The notes under the pieces are model-generated. The model was not told the DNA's origin. It saw only the letters and a program-made list of their open reading frames with translations, and did not search any database. This document shows, one piece after another, positions 19,060 through 28,365 of a DNA stretch of 47,029 bases. The first letter of the stretch is position 1. Each line of letters starts with the position of its first letter. This DNA comes from Deltaproteobacteria bacterium (GTDB taxonomy: Bacteria > Desulfobacterota > Desulfobulbia > Desulfobulbales > BM004), in assembly GCA_024639555.1 (NCBI GenBank), contig JAHEID010000001.1:1-47029 (forward strand), read 5' to 3'. A program made the translations under genes and the position numbers.

Positions 19060-21054
19060 CTACCATTCAAGTCTGAGGATATTGCTTAAGGGATCTATTT
19101 TTGCAAGTTTGACCAGCACAGTGTCGCCAGCAGTAACTTTAAAGGCGGGGTTAAGGGGCAGGTCAGCATCAAGAAGGAATTCTTCCAGGAAGATATGCAC
19201 ACGCTTGGGGCCACTGTCAATAACAAGGGCAGGAAGCCTTTCTCCGTTTTTTGCCTGCAGGTATTTTAGGATCCAGTAGCGCTGGCGCAGATATTTGACC
19301 TGGTTGGCTTTTTCAAGGGTTGTCAGAATAATCGAGCCAAAATGTTTCATGTCTTTTTTACTGAAAAGAACACCTTTGCCCATGATCAGGTAACTGATTT
19401 GTAACTGCATGATCAGGTCAAGCAGACGCCGTATGGGAGAGGTGACAGTGGTGTATTGTGGTGCACCGACACAACTGTGGCCTTTGGGGGTGGTCAGCAG
19501 AGACATTGGCGAGAGGCGTTTGCGTTGCTGCATGATTTTAATAATATCCTTTTCAAAGCCTTCGATTAGGCGTTGACGGGGTTCAGCCTGGCAGCGGAAC
19601 AGCCCGGGTGCCTCGCGTTCAGCCACGAACTGGGCCCCAAGCGTATTTGCAAGAATCATGAATTCTGCAACAAGAATTCTACTTGGGGTATCAACAGCAG
19701 CACTATTAATTTCAATGCTGTCACCTGCCGTGATTTTGATATGTAATTCCGGCAGGGGCAGGAGTATAGCCCCGCGATTCACACGCCTTTGCCGCAGTAA
19801 TACACTCAATGCTGCCAGGGCAGCTAACTCTTGGTCCTGTTTGATCAACTGATCCGCAACCTGGTATGTCAGTTGTTGTTTTACAGATACGATACTACGA
19901 ACGATTTCGAAATTGAGAACTTCCGCTGTGGGACTGAGCAATACCAAAAAACTGAGCGCGGGACGTACCTGATCTTTCAAAAGACTTAATTTGTCTTCAG
20001 AAAGGGCTGCAGGAAGCATGGGGAGTTGTTTTTCAGGAAAATAGATGGAAGTGCCCCGCTTTAGAGCTTCTTCAAAAAGAGCGGTTCCCTGTTTTACATA
20101 AAGACCGACATCGGAGATATGGATACCGACAAGGTAATTGGCATCCTGTTTTTCAATGTGGAGGGCGTCATCAAAATCCCTGGTATCAGGTCCGTCAATG
20201 GTTAAAATCTGCAGGTCCCTGAGGTCCTTTCTGTCAGCAGCAGGCAGATCAGCGCCGTTCGGGAGCTTTATTTTTTCGATTTCAGCCAGGGCTTCATCGG
20301 AAAAAGAAGTAGGTATATCCTGTTTAAGAAGGTGGGTATTTTCGTTTTTATCCCAGAATCCAGCCGTTACCAGCAGGTAAAAGATATCATGGGGGCCGGT
20401 CAGTTCCGCGTTTTGAACTAGTTTGCGTGCCAAATCGGACTCGGAAGAATCCTTGCCGAAAAGGTAGTAATCAGCAAGTATTTGCAGGGTGGTATCCCGG
20501 TCTTCCCAATCTTCTGATGGTTCGCCGTTTTTGCGGAGACGACGCAGGGCAGTTGTTTTCTCGGCAATAAAAGTTGCCTGTTCTTTTTCTTTTTCCTGTT
20601 GAAGTTTTATCTGTTCAACAGTTTCAGTGGAATGGACATGAATACTGCCGGATTTGTATTTGAAATAGAGCCGGTTACCAATGACAGACCGCATGAAGGC
20701 AGCACACTGATCATCCGTGGGGTCATCGCCGAAATAAAGGCTTGCCATAAAGTCAACCCCAAAAGCATCTTCATGTTTTTCAGAGACAATTTCCCATATT
20801 TCATCAAGATTGATAGCGGCAGCCAGCACAGCCCGTTCTTTAGCGGTTTTCTGCAGGATGGTTATGATATCTTCCCTGGAAGAGGCTGGTGCAACCTTTT
20901 CATTTGTGGAGTGGACCACCCTGTTTGGCGCTAAATTGAGTTCCCGGCTGTTCTGGTTGAGCAAATGAAGACGAGTGCCATTATCTGCAAAGACATAGGC
21001 GCAGATGAATTTGCCGTTTTCCAGATATTCGACTATTCTGCCGTCTAATGCCAT
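19060..21054 (-). CDS. RNB-domain 3'-5' exoribonuclease (RNase II/R family)
   Basis: 664 aa with the RNB catalytic motif LTIDGPDTRDFDDALHIE, a later TSPIRR motif, and an S1/OB-like C-terminus. Confidence 0.88.
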   Translation of the reverse strand: MALDGRIVEYLENGKFICAYVFADNGTRLHLLNQNSRELNLAPNRVVHSTNEKVAPASSREDIITILQKTAKERAVLAAAINLDEIWEIVSEKHEDAFGVDFMASLYFGDDPTDDQCAAFMRSVIGNRLYFKYKSGSIHVHSTETVEQIKLQQEKEKEQATFIAEKTTALRRLRKNGEPSEDWEDRDTTLQILADYYLFGKDSSESDLARKLVQNAELTGPHDIFYLLVTAGFWDKNENTHLLKQDIPTSFSDEALAEIEKIKLPNGADLPAADRKDLRDLQILTIDGPDTRDFDDALHIEKQDANYLVGIHISDVGLYVKQGTALFEEALKRGTSIYFPEKQLPMLPAALSEDKLSLLKDQVRPALSFLVLLSPTAEVLNFEIVRSIVSVKQQLTYQVADQLIKQDQELAALAALSVLLRQRRVNRGAILLPLPELHIKITAGDSIEINSAAVDTPSRILVAEFMILANTLGAQFVAEREAPGLFRCQAEPRQRLIEGFEKDIIKIMQQRKRLSPMSLLTTPKGHSCVGAPQYTTVTSPIRRLLDLIMQLQISYLIMGKGVLFSKKDMKHFGSIILTTLEKANQVKYLRQRYWILKYLQAKNGERLPALVIDSGPKRVHIFLEEFLLDADLPLNPAFKVTAGDTVLVKLAKIDPLSNILRLEW

Positions 21055-21355
21055 TTGCTCAGTTTTTTAATATTGTTGACCGAAACAGCTGCCACCGAGT
21101 ATTTTAGGGCCCGCTGTACAAAGTCCGCACGAATTACCATGTATTCATGGTAGCGTAAAGCCATGAATGACTACTTCGGAAAATAATTCTATGTAATCTA
21201 TACGTGAAAGATAATTAAATCCAGGCACTTTTTCGCGTTCAGGGGAAATGAAAAGAATATATCACTCACACGAAACATATTTCGTAAAAGAATTAATGAA
21301 AGGGTCTGCTAACAATACGTGAGACCGTAACAGGATAAGAATTTTATAGATAGCG

Positions 21356-22249
21356 ATGCAGGAAGATACAATCAAATCAGGTATGGTAGCTATTGTCGGG
21401 CCACCAAATGCAGGCAAATCCACACTGCTGAATGCTTTGCTGGGGCAAAAGATTTCCATCGTAACACCCAAGCCCCAAACTACCCGGAACCGGATCATCG
21501 GTATCCTAAATGATCCTGCCTACCAGATAGTTATGCTCGATACGCCCGGCCTGCACAAGGCCAGGAAAGCCCTTAACCTGGAAATGGTGAAAATAGCTGT
21601 GTCAAGCCTTGCAGAGGTCGATGTGGTCCTGTTTCTTATCGATGTCTCCCTGCCCATGCCCGAAAAGCAGGCACAGGCGGTTGCATATCTCGATTCCACA
21701 ACAGTTCCGGCAATTCTGGTTTTAAATAAGATCGACCTCCTGTCAAAGGCCCAGATATTGCCCATGATAGAGGTGTATCGCAATATCTATCCCTTTGCTG
21801 CCATTGTTCCTGTTTCTGCCCTTTTGAAAAGTGGTACCGATGAGTTGCTGCAGGAACTTCTTCGTCTTTTGCCTGCTGGTCCCCATTTCTATCCGGATGA
21901 TATCCCGACAGATGCAAGCGAGCGCTTTATTGTCGGAGAGATTATCCGGGAGAAGATATTTCTTTTGACCGGGCAGGAAATCCCCTATTCTACCGCAGTA
22001 GTCATTGTCAGCTTCAAGGAAGACGAAAAAAAATCACTCGTAACAATTCATGCCACAATAGTTGTGGAGAAGTCTTCACAAAAAGCGATAATCATCGGCA
22101 AGAAAGGTTCAAAGCTCCAACAGATAGGAAAAAACGCCCGTCAGGATATTGAAAGACTCCTGGCGCAACATGTTTTGTTAAAGCTTTGGGTCAAGGTCCA
22201 CAAGAACTGGACCAAGGATATGCGCTTTATCCGTGAATTGGGCTTCTGA
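21356..22249 (+). CDS. era: GTPase Era
   Basis: G1 motif GPPNAGKSTLLN, DTPG, NKID, and a C-terminal KH domain (IIGKKGSKLQQIG). Confidence 0.95.
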   Translation: MQEDTIKSGMVAIVGPPNAGKSTLLNALLGQKISIVTPKPQTTRNRIIGILNDPAYQIVMLDTPGLHKARKALNLEMVKIAVSSLAEVDVVLFLIDVSLPMPEKQAQAVAYLDSTTVPAILVLNKIDLLSKAQILPMIEVYRNIYPFAAIVPVSALLKSGTDELLQELLRLLPAGPHFYPDDIPTDASERFIVGEIIREKIFLLTGQEIPYSTAVVIVSFKEDEKKSLVTIHATIVVEKSSQKAIIIGKKGSKLQQIGKNARQDIERLLAQHVLLKLWVKVHKNWTKDMRFIRELGF

Positions 22250-22303
22250 GAAGGAACAGTCTCCCGGGTCCTCCCGGCTTAAGGGGCAATTACCTGGAAT
22301 GCA

Positions 22304-23659
22304 TTACTTGGCGGTATTCTGCCCGGAAAGCACATTCAGGCTTTTGAGAACAAGCAGAGCGGTGTTAAGCTGGTAGTCGTTCTTAAGCTTTTCTTTTGTT
22401 TCCTCTTCAATTGTAACCTTATCTGAAATCAAGTTGCTTTCATCGATGGTCGGAGGCTGAGGTTTCTCATCTGCAGGTTGCAAATTGCCACCATTTTCAA
22501 GGTGATATCTCAAATCCTTTTCCCTGAAAAATTCCACGGGTCCTTCTGGGGTGTCTTCTTCAGCAGCAGCAATTTTAGGAACAAGAACATCGGGGGTAAT
22601 CCCGGTTGCCTGGATGGAGGTCCCGTTTGGCGTGAAATACCGGGCAGTAGTGAGTCGCAGCCCGGCACCGTCGGCCATGGGGATGATGGTCTGCACAGAG
22701 CCCTTACCAAAGGACTGGGTGCCGAGAATAAGACCTCTTTTATGATCCTGCAGGGCTCCGGCAACGATCTCAGATGCAGAGGCAGTGCCGCCGTTTATCA
22801 AAATGACTATGGGGAAATCGTATTCCGGTCCGCCGCTGTGCGCTGAAAATTCCATATTCTGGTCTTGAAGACGGCCCTTGGTGGAAACGATAATACCTTC
22901 ATCCAGAAAAATGTCCGCGATCTTTACAGACGAATCTAGAAGCCCACCCGGATTATTTCGCAGGTCAAGAATCACCCCTTTAAGAGTTCCTTCTTTAGCC
23001 AGGTCTTCAAGGCCATTTTGTAGATCCCGTGAGGTATTTCTCTGGAAGTTGGTGATCCTGATATATCCGTATCCGGTTTCAAGGACACTGGAGCGTACAG
23101 AGTGAATCGGTATCACGTCCCTGATAATGGTAAACTCCTGCAGGTCTGTCCAGCCTTCGCGAAGAATTGAAATGGTGACCTCCGAACCTTTTTGTCCACG
23201 AAGTGTTTTTACCGCTTCGACCAATGACATGTCCTTGGTGGATACGCCCTCAATCTTAATGATCCTGTCTCCTGCCTGTATGCCTGCCTTGAAGGCAGGA
23301 GTGTCCTCAATGGGCGAGACAACGGTAAGCATGGTGTCCTTGAGGGTGATTTCAATGCCAATGCCGCTGAAAGCGCCCGTGGTTTCGACCTGGAGCTCCT
23401 TGAAGTCATCCGGTTTCAAAAAGGAGGAATGGGGATCCAGGCTGGTGAGCATCCCTTTAATTGCTCCCTCAATGGTTTCCTGCGTGTCAATGTCATCGAC
23501 ATAATTCTGTTGGACGATGCTGAGGACATTTGCGAAGACCTCGAGACTTTTATAGGTTTCCTGAGTATCATCAGATGATTCCAGGGCCTGAAGGCTACTG
23601 GCAAAGAAGAGAGGGAGAATAAGCAGCGTAATGTGGAGAACTTTTTTAAACGTAGTCAT
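22304..23659 (-). CDS. ctpA: Carboxy-terminal processing (S41, tail-specific) protease
   Basis: Signal peptide, PDZ region (GIGIEITL...AGIQAGDRIIKIEG), and S41 core NGGTASASEIVAGALQD...SFGKGSVQ. Confidence 0.92.
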   Translation of the reverse strand: MTTFKKVLHITLLILPLFFASSLQALESSDDTQETYKSLEVFANVLSIVQQNYVDDIDTQETIEGAIKGMLTSLDPHSSFLKPDDFKELQVETTGAFSGIGIEITLKDTMLTVVSPIEDTPAFKAGIQAGDRIIKIEGVSTKDMSLVEAVKTLRGQKGSEVTISILREGWTDLQEFTIIRDVIPIHSVRSSVLETGYGYIRITNFQRNTSRDLQNGLEDLAKEGTLKGVILDLRNNPGGLLDSSVKIADIFLDEGIIVSTKGRLQDQNMEFSAHSGGPEYDFPIVILINGGTASASEIVAGALQDHKRGLILGTQSFGKGSVQTIIPMADGAGLRLTTARYFTPNGTSIQATGITPDVLVPKIAAAEEDTPEGPVEFFREKDLRYHLENGGNLQPADEKPQPPTIDESNLISDKVTIEEETKEKLKNDYQLNTALLVLKSLNVLSGQNTAK

Positions 23660-23914
23660 AATGTTCCTGTCTGTATGGGCCTTTAATTGCTTGGAATATG
23701 AGGAGTTTCTCGGCCAAAAAGAAATTTGTTCGATTTTGCAACTACACGAAGTGTTCTGTATAAAATAATTAAGTTATCATGCTGTGCCACATCAAACAAT
23801 ATAATATCAAGCTGATGAAAGTCCAACAGCGAATAGTGCAGAATATAAATTTTTACCGCTTTGCTGACCTCTTGCCCGCAATATCATGGGGCTGTATCGG
23901 GGATGAGCAAGAAT

Positions 23915-23951
23915 AAAAAAACAGGCAATAATATGGTAATGGGATTGCCTT
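23915..23951 (-). terminator. Possible intrinsic terminator after the ftsEX-envC-like operon
   Basis: On the minus strand there is a 7-bp stem AGGCAAT/ATTGCCT with a 14-nt loop, followed by G and a T7 run, about 30 nt downstream of the stop at 23983. The loop is rather large. Confidence 0.45.
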
Positions 23952-23982
23952 GCAAGTCGAGTTATATTTCCTAAATATTCTA

Positions 23983-25377
23983 TCAGGGAAGTAATTGGAC
24001 CTCCCGGGTTGGAGTTTCAAGCGGAAGGGCGTCATTTTTAAGCCACAAAATGGGGTCTTCAGGGGTTGAGCCTTTGCGTATTTCAAAGTGAAGACCTTTG
24101 CCGTACAAAGGATCTCCTTCACCGGTCATGCCGATAATCTCTCCGGTTGCGACCTTTTCGCCTTCCTTTTTGTAAAAGTCAGCTGCCCTGGAAATGAGGG
24201 AGAAGTACTGTTGCCCATGGTCAATAATAAGGAGGTTTCCATAGCCTCGCAGGTAGCCTGAATGTATAATCTTGCCATCGTAGACAGCCTTGATTTCTTG
24301 GCCTTTTTTTACCCTGATATCTATTCCGTCTGCTATGGTGTATGAATCAAACTTACCCGGGACCTTTTGTCTGAAATTAGTGATAACAGAACCCGGGACA
24401 GGGGGATCGAGTAATCCTTTCCGGCCTGGAAAGCCTTCTTGGACAGCGGCTGCTTTTTGAGACAGTTTTTTCTTTTCTGTATCAATCAGGCGCACAGGTC
24501 TTGGCGCAGCAGGCTGTGGTTGGGATGCTGTCTGCAGCCTTTGCAGGGTTTCAGCCAGATCAGTAGCAGCTTCTTCAATTTCCAAAACAGCTTGTTCATA
24601 GAGATGCTGTTCTGTGTTTACCTGTTTAAGCAGGTAGCTTTTTTCTTCCCGGATCCGGGTAAACTGTAATTCATTTTCGCTTACTTCATTCGCCAGCTTC
24701 ATGAGCCGCAACTTTTCCCGGGCATGTTCCTCCCTGGCAATGTTCGACTCCTTGAGCTGGCCGAGATATTCCTGGATGATGGCATGGTCATGCTGCACCA
24801 TGAGGCTGAAATATTCCTTGAAATCAAGGAGTTCCGGCAGTGATTCTGAAGCAAATACGACATTCATCAGCCCGACTGAACCCATGCGGTAATAGGATGC
24901 CAGCCTGTTTTTTACATGCACCTGATGCGCCCTTTTTTCAGCAAGGACCTGTTTTAAGTACTCCTGTTTGCCAGATAGCAGTAATTCCTGCTTCTCGGTT
25001 TCTGCCCGCAGGGTGACAAGCATACTTTTCTGTGCCTCGAGTTCCCTTTCAATTTTTTCAAGTTCTCCGAGAAGGGTTCTTTCCTTCTTTCTGGAATCGA
25101 GGATTTTTATTTTATGATCAATTATGCCTTCCTGCAGTTTCCGGATAGTGGCATTTTTTTCTATTATTTCCTGTTGTTGCTTTTTTGTGAGTTTATTGCG
25201 GTAAGATTCTTGCGGATTGTCCGGGAAATTTGCTTCCTGGGCATAAGCTTTATGGCTGCTTCCAGCTCCTCCAGGAAAACTAATGGGAATAAGAGAGCAG
25301 GCAGTTATTAGTGAGAAAAACAGGACGCGTGCCGGCTTTATTGGATTTCTCTTCAAGGTGTCGCGCAGGATTTTCAT
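23983..25377 (-). CDS. EnvC-like coiled-coil protein with degenerate LytM (M23) domain
   Basis: Signal peptide, long coiled-coil region, and a C-terminal M23 fold (GIDIRVKKGQEIKAVYDGKII...GYGNLLIIDHG...GLHFEIR). Its start ATG overlaps the ftsX stop region. Confidence 0.85.
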   Translation of the reverse strand: MKILRDTLKRNPIKPARVLFFSLITACSLIPISFPGGAGSSHKAYAQEANFPDNPQESYRNKLTKKQQQEIIEKNATIRKLQEGIIDHKIKILDSRKKERTLLGELEKIERELEAQKSMLVTLRAETEKQELLLSGKQEYLKQVLAEKRAHQVHVKNRLASYYRMGSVGLMNVVFASESLPELLDFKEYFSLMVQHDHAIIQEYLGQLKESNIAREEHAREKLRLMKLANEVSENELQFTRIREEKSYLLKQVNTEQHLYEQAVLEIEEAATDLAETLQRLQTASQPQPAAPRPVRLIDTEKKKLSQKAAAVQEGFPGRKGLLDPPVPGSVITNFRQKVPGKFDSYTIADGIDIRVKKGQEIKAVYDGKIIHSGYLRGYGNLLIIDHGQQYFSLISRAADFYKKEGEKVATGEIIGMTGEGDPLYGKGLHFEIRKGSTPEDPILWLKNDALPLETPTREVQLLP

Positions 25378-25378
25378 G

Positions 25379-26266
25379 TCAGATGCGCATGAATTTTCGC
25401 ATGGATGAAAAACTGCCTCCTATGCAAAGACTAATACTGGCAAAAATAATTATGCAGATTATCGCAGGAGAGAAAAAAGTAAATTGGACAAGCTGCAGGA
25501 TTCCAGGACCTGTAAAACGCAACTGTATCCAGCGGTACAAAAAGAACAGGGCCAACAAACCCAAAGAGGAGCCAAACAGACCTTGCAGAAAACCTTCAAT
25601 GAGAAACGGGGTGCGGATATAGTTGTTGGTCGCCCCCAAGAGTCTCAGTATTTCCAGCTCTGCCTGCCTGGCCACGACTGCCAACCGAATGGTATAAGCA
25701 ACCATAAAGGTAGCGGTCATGATAAGAAGAATGCCGCTTAAAAATACAATGATCTGCAAAAGTTTGGTAAAATAATTAAAGCGCTCAATCCATTCCTGAC
25801 CATATTGCACCTTGACAGCCCCGGGCAGGGTGGAAAGATATTCTGAGAACCGTTGTATCTGGGCCAGGGTGTTGAGGTTTTTTTGTGGATAGATCTCGAT
25901 CGAAGGGGGCAGGAATGATGCGTCCAGGTCATCAAGTACATCGACATTGTCTCCCAATTGTGTGGCAAGACGCTTGAAGGCATCATTTCTCGAGGTAAAA
26001 CGTATCTCTTCAACCGGACTGAAATTTATAATTTTTCGCACCAGTTGTGCCTGCATTTCCAGGACAGGTTCCTCTTCAAGATATATGGTAAGCCGCAGGT
26101 CATCTCCAAGTTTTTCACCTGTTTTGATTATGTTCGTATAAATCAGAAAGAAGAAGGAAAAGATCAGGACTGACAAAGTCACGGTCAGCAGGGTCATAAA
26201 CTGCGTCGGCCAGGTCTTCTGGAGGTTGCGGCCTGTTTGTACTGCTATGGTGTTGATAAATTTCAT
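25379..26266 (-). CDS. ftsX: Cell division ABC transporter permease-like FtsX
   Basis: Four TM segments with a large first periplasmic loop. ATGA overlap with ftsE at 26263-26266. Confidence 0.9.
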   Translation of the reverse strand: MKFINTIAVQTGRNLQKTWPTQFMTLLTVTLSVLIFSFFFLIYTNIIKTGEKLGDDLRLTIYLEEEPVLEMQAQLVRKIINFSPVEEIRFTSRNDAFKRLATQLGDNVDVLDDLDASFLPPSIEIYPQKNLNTLAQIQRFSEYLSTLPGAVKVQYGQEWIERFNYFTKLLQIIVFLSGILLIMTATFMVAYTIRLAVVARQAELEILRLLGATNNYIRTPFLIEGFLQGLFGSSLGLLALFFLYRWIQLRFTGPGILQLVQFTFFSPAIICIIIFASISLCIGGSFSSMRKFMRI

Positions 26267-26982
26267 GGCATATTATTAGACGTGGAGGTAGTCATGTCTT
26301 CCTGCGCTAAAAAGCGGCCGCTGTGCAACTCGAGTACACGATAATCTGTCTCCCTGTAAATATCTTCGTCGTGTGTGGCAATAATAACGGTTGTGCCAGA
26401 ACTATTGCAGTCCTCAAACAGTTTCATGACAAGTTTTGTAGTTTTGGAATCCAGGTTGCCGGTTGGTTCGTCAGCCAGAATAAGTGTTGGCGAGTTGGCT
26501 ACTGCACGGGCAATGGCAACACGCTGCTGTTCGCCACGCGACAGTCTTCCGGCCAGAGCATCATACTTATGCTCAAGTCTGAGTTTCTGCAGCAGTTCGA
26601 TGACCCTGTTCTTTATGGCCCTGATGTTGTGGTAGGCGACCTCCATGGCCATGGAAATATTTTGGGCCACGGTCCTGTCGGCCAGAAGCTTGAAATCCTG
26701 GTAGGCCATACCGATCTGCTGCCGCAGCCTTGGTATTTCGTTCGCTTTTATGCGGTTCATATCCTTGCCTGCCACCTCAACCAACCCCTTGTCAGGATAT
26801 TCAATGCCGCATATCAGTTTCAACAGTGTTGTCTTGCCGGCCCCACTCATGCCAGTCAGAAAAAGCATCTCGCCATATGGAATGGACAATGTAATATCCT
26901 CGAGTGCCACGACATCGGGAGGATAAATTTTAGTAGCCCTGACAATCTCGATTATAGGTTTGTTGGCTTGTTTTTTTTTCAT
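26263..26982 (-). CDS. ftsE: Cell division ABC ATPase FtsE
   Basis: Walker [16 protein letters not shown] signature [14 protein letters not shown], and Walker [12 protein letters not shown]. Confidence 0.93.
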   Translation of the reverse strand: MKKKQANKPIIEIVRATKIYPPDVVALEDITLSIPYGEMLFLTGMSGAGKTTLLKLICGIEYPDKGLVEVAGKDMNRIKANEIPRLRQQIGMAYQDFKLLADRTVAQNISMAMEVAYHNIRAIKNRVIELLQKLRLEHKYDALAGRLSRGEQQRVAIARAVANSPTLILADEPTGNLDSKTTKLVMKLFEDCNSSGTTVIIATHDEDIYRETDYRVLELHSGRFLAQEDMTTSTSNNMP

Positions 26983-27149
26983 GAAGAATAAATGGCTAGA
27001 CCGGGATCAGCAATGGGTCGGAAAAGTGAAATATTGCATACTGTTTTTATCCTAAATTAAAAATCCTTTTATCTTCCGGTACGTTATTTCAGACCTGAAG
27101 CAATTTTTCTATAACGATTACCAGGTTCTGTCAAGTCCAATCACAAGGC

Positions 27150-27908
27150 CTATTTAATGATTTTTGAAAAAATTTCATAGGCTTGCTGTATGACGGCCGC
27201 ATCTTCTGCCAGCTCAAGGTATGATTTGCCGCTCAACTCCTGCCGGATCAACTGGTCACTGCTTGAGAGGATTCCTGCCAGGGGAAGATCCGTGCTCTCA
27301 GTGGTTTCTTTTATCTTGGCATAGAGCTCGTCAGGTAAAGGATCAGGAGTGCGGTTGACTATTAGATACTTATCCTTAATTTCAATTTTCAAAGGCTTTG
27401 TAAGTTCGGAGATTCTTTTAGCCGTAAGAATTCCGCGGGCTGAAGGGTCTGAAATCACCAGTAGTATGTCTATGGCACGCAGGTTCATTCTGCTCAGGTG
27501 TTCCATGCCCGCTTCATTGTCTACCAGGATAAAGTTGTAGTTATCGGCCAGCTTGTCCATGGTCATGGCAAGATGCTGGTTGGCAGCACAGTAGCAGCCG
27601 GGGCCATCAGGCTGCCCCATTACAAGAAGATCAAAACCCGTGGCTTCAACCAGGGCCTGGTGGACCTTCATTTCCATGAACTGGTCCCTGGTAATATGGG
27701 CCGGGATATCACCCTTCAGATCTCTGCGTATTTCACCGAGGGTAAGATCGACATCCATGTTCAGGAGTTCATTCAAATTGGCATTGGCATCTGCGTCCAC
27801 TGCCAGGATAGGGGTCAAGCTGTTATGCAGCATATAGTTTATGAGCAGGGCGGAAATGGTTGTTTTCCCGGTGCCGCCTTTCCCTGCCATGGCAATTACT
27901 TTAGGCAT
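27150..27908 (-). CDS. CooC/AcsF-type P-loop ATPase (nickel-insertion accessory protein family)
   Basis: Deviant Walker A AMAGKGGTGKTT plus the family-typical CxC motif (GPGCYCAAN). 252 aa. Confidence 0.75.
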   Translation of the reverse strand: MPKVIAMAGKGGTGKTTISALLINYMLHNSLTPILAVDADANANLNELLNMDVDLTLGEIRRDLKGDIPAHITRDQFMEMKVHQALVEATGFDLLVMGQPDGPGCYCAANQHLAMTMDKLADNYNFILVDNEAGMEHLSRMNLRAIDILLVISDPSARGILTAKRISELTKPLKIEIKDKYLIVNRTPDPLPDELYAKIKETTESTDLPLAGILSSSDQLIRQELSGKSYLELAEDAAVIQQAYEIFSKIIK

Positions 27909-28365
27909 TAATCCCTCGTTGTGGTAAAAGTTGTTTGTTAAAAGATATATTCGCTGTATTTAAAGAGAACTGAAATACATTTATTAAATCATGGCATTTC
28001 ATAATTAGCCTGGGTGATTATATTAATCCGCAGTTTGCTTGTCAAACTGTAAACCCGGATTATTCTTGGGAATTGCTCCGAGGTGATTGTATTCGTGCAA
28101 TTCGGTCATGAGCCGGAAACGGATACTTTACTGCCTGGTGCGGGTTGAAAATTAAAGTCAAGATACTTCCCCCGGGCAAGGGAACTTTACCCTTGCAACT
28201 TGCTTATTACCTGTTATTTTAGCGGCAACGCGTCATTAAATGAGCTTTTTGTCAATGAGTAACGGGCTGGAATTTTCTGTTGGTATGAAGAAGATTCTTA
28301 CTTAATTTGGGTTTTGGCGGATTGCAGAAGTATTGGTAACTGATGAGGAAAAGGAGCAACAAGAA

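Noticed and set aside
23853-24122. 89-aa minus-strand ORF
   Set aside because: It overlaps the 3' end of the EnvC-like gene out of frame and spans the putative terminator. There is no supporting signal.
26971-26979. A9/T9 homopolymer at the start of ftsE as a possible phase-variation tract
   Set aside because: It simply encodes three Lys codons (MKKKQ). Similar A/T runs of 8-9 nt occur in rpsP and in the lipoprotein signal peptide (about 42984), so it is not distinctive.
26323-26991. 222-aa plus-strand ORF
   Set aside because: It is antisense to ftsE, whose ABC motifs are unambiguous, and it has no motifs of its own.
28030-28365. Possible T-box riboswitch upstream of ileS
   Set aside because: I could not find the conserved T-box sequence (AANNNGGGTGGTACCGCG-like). 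I also found no convincing specifier loop with an AUC codon and no F-box. It is kept only as a generic structured leader in the findings.
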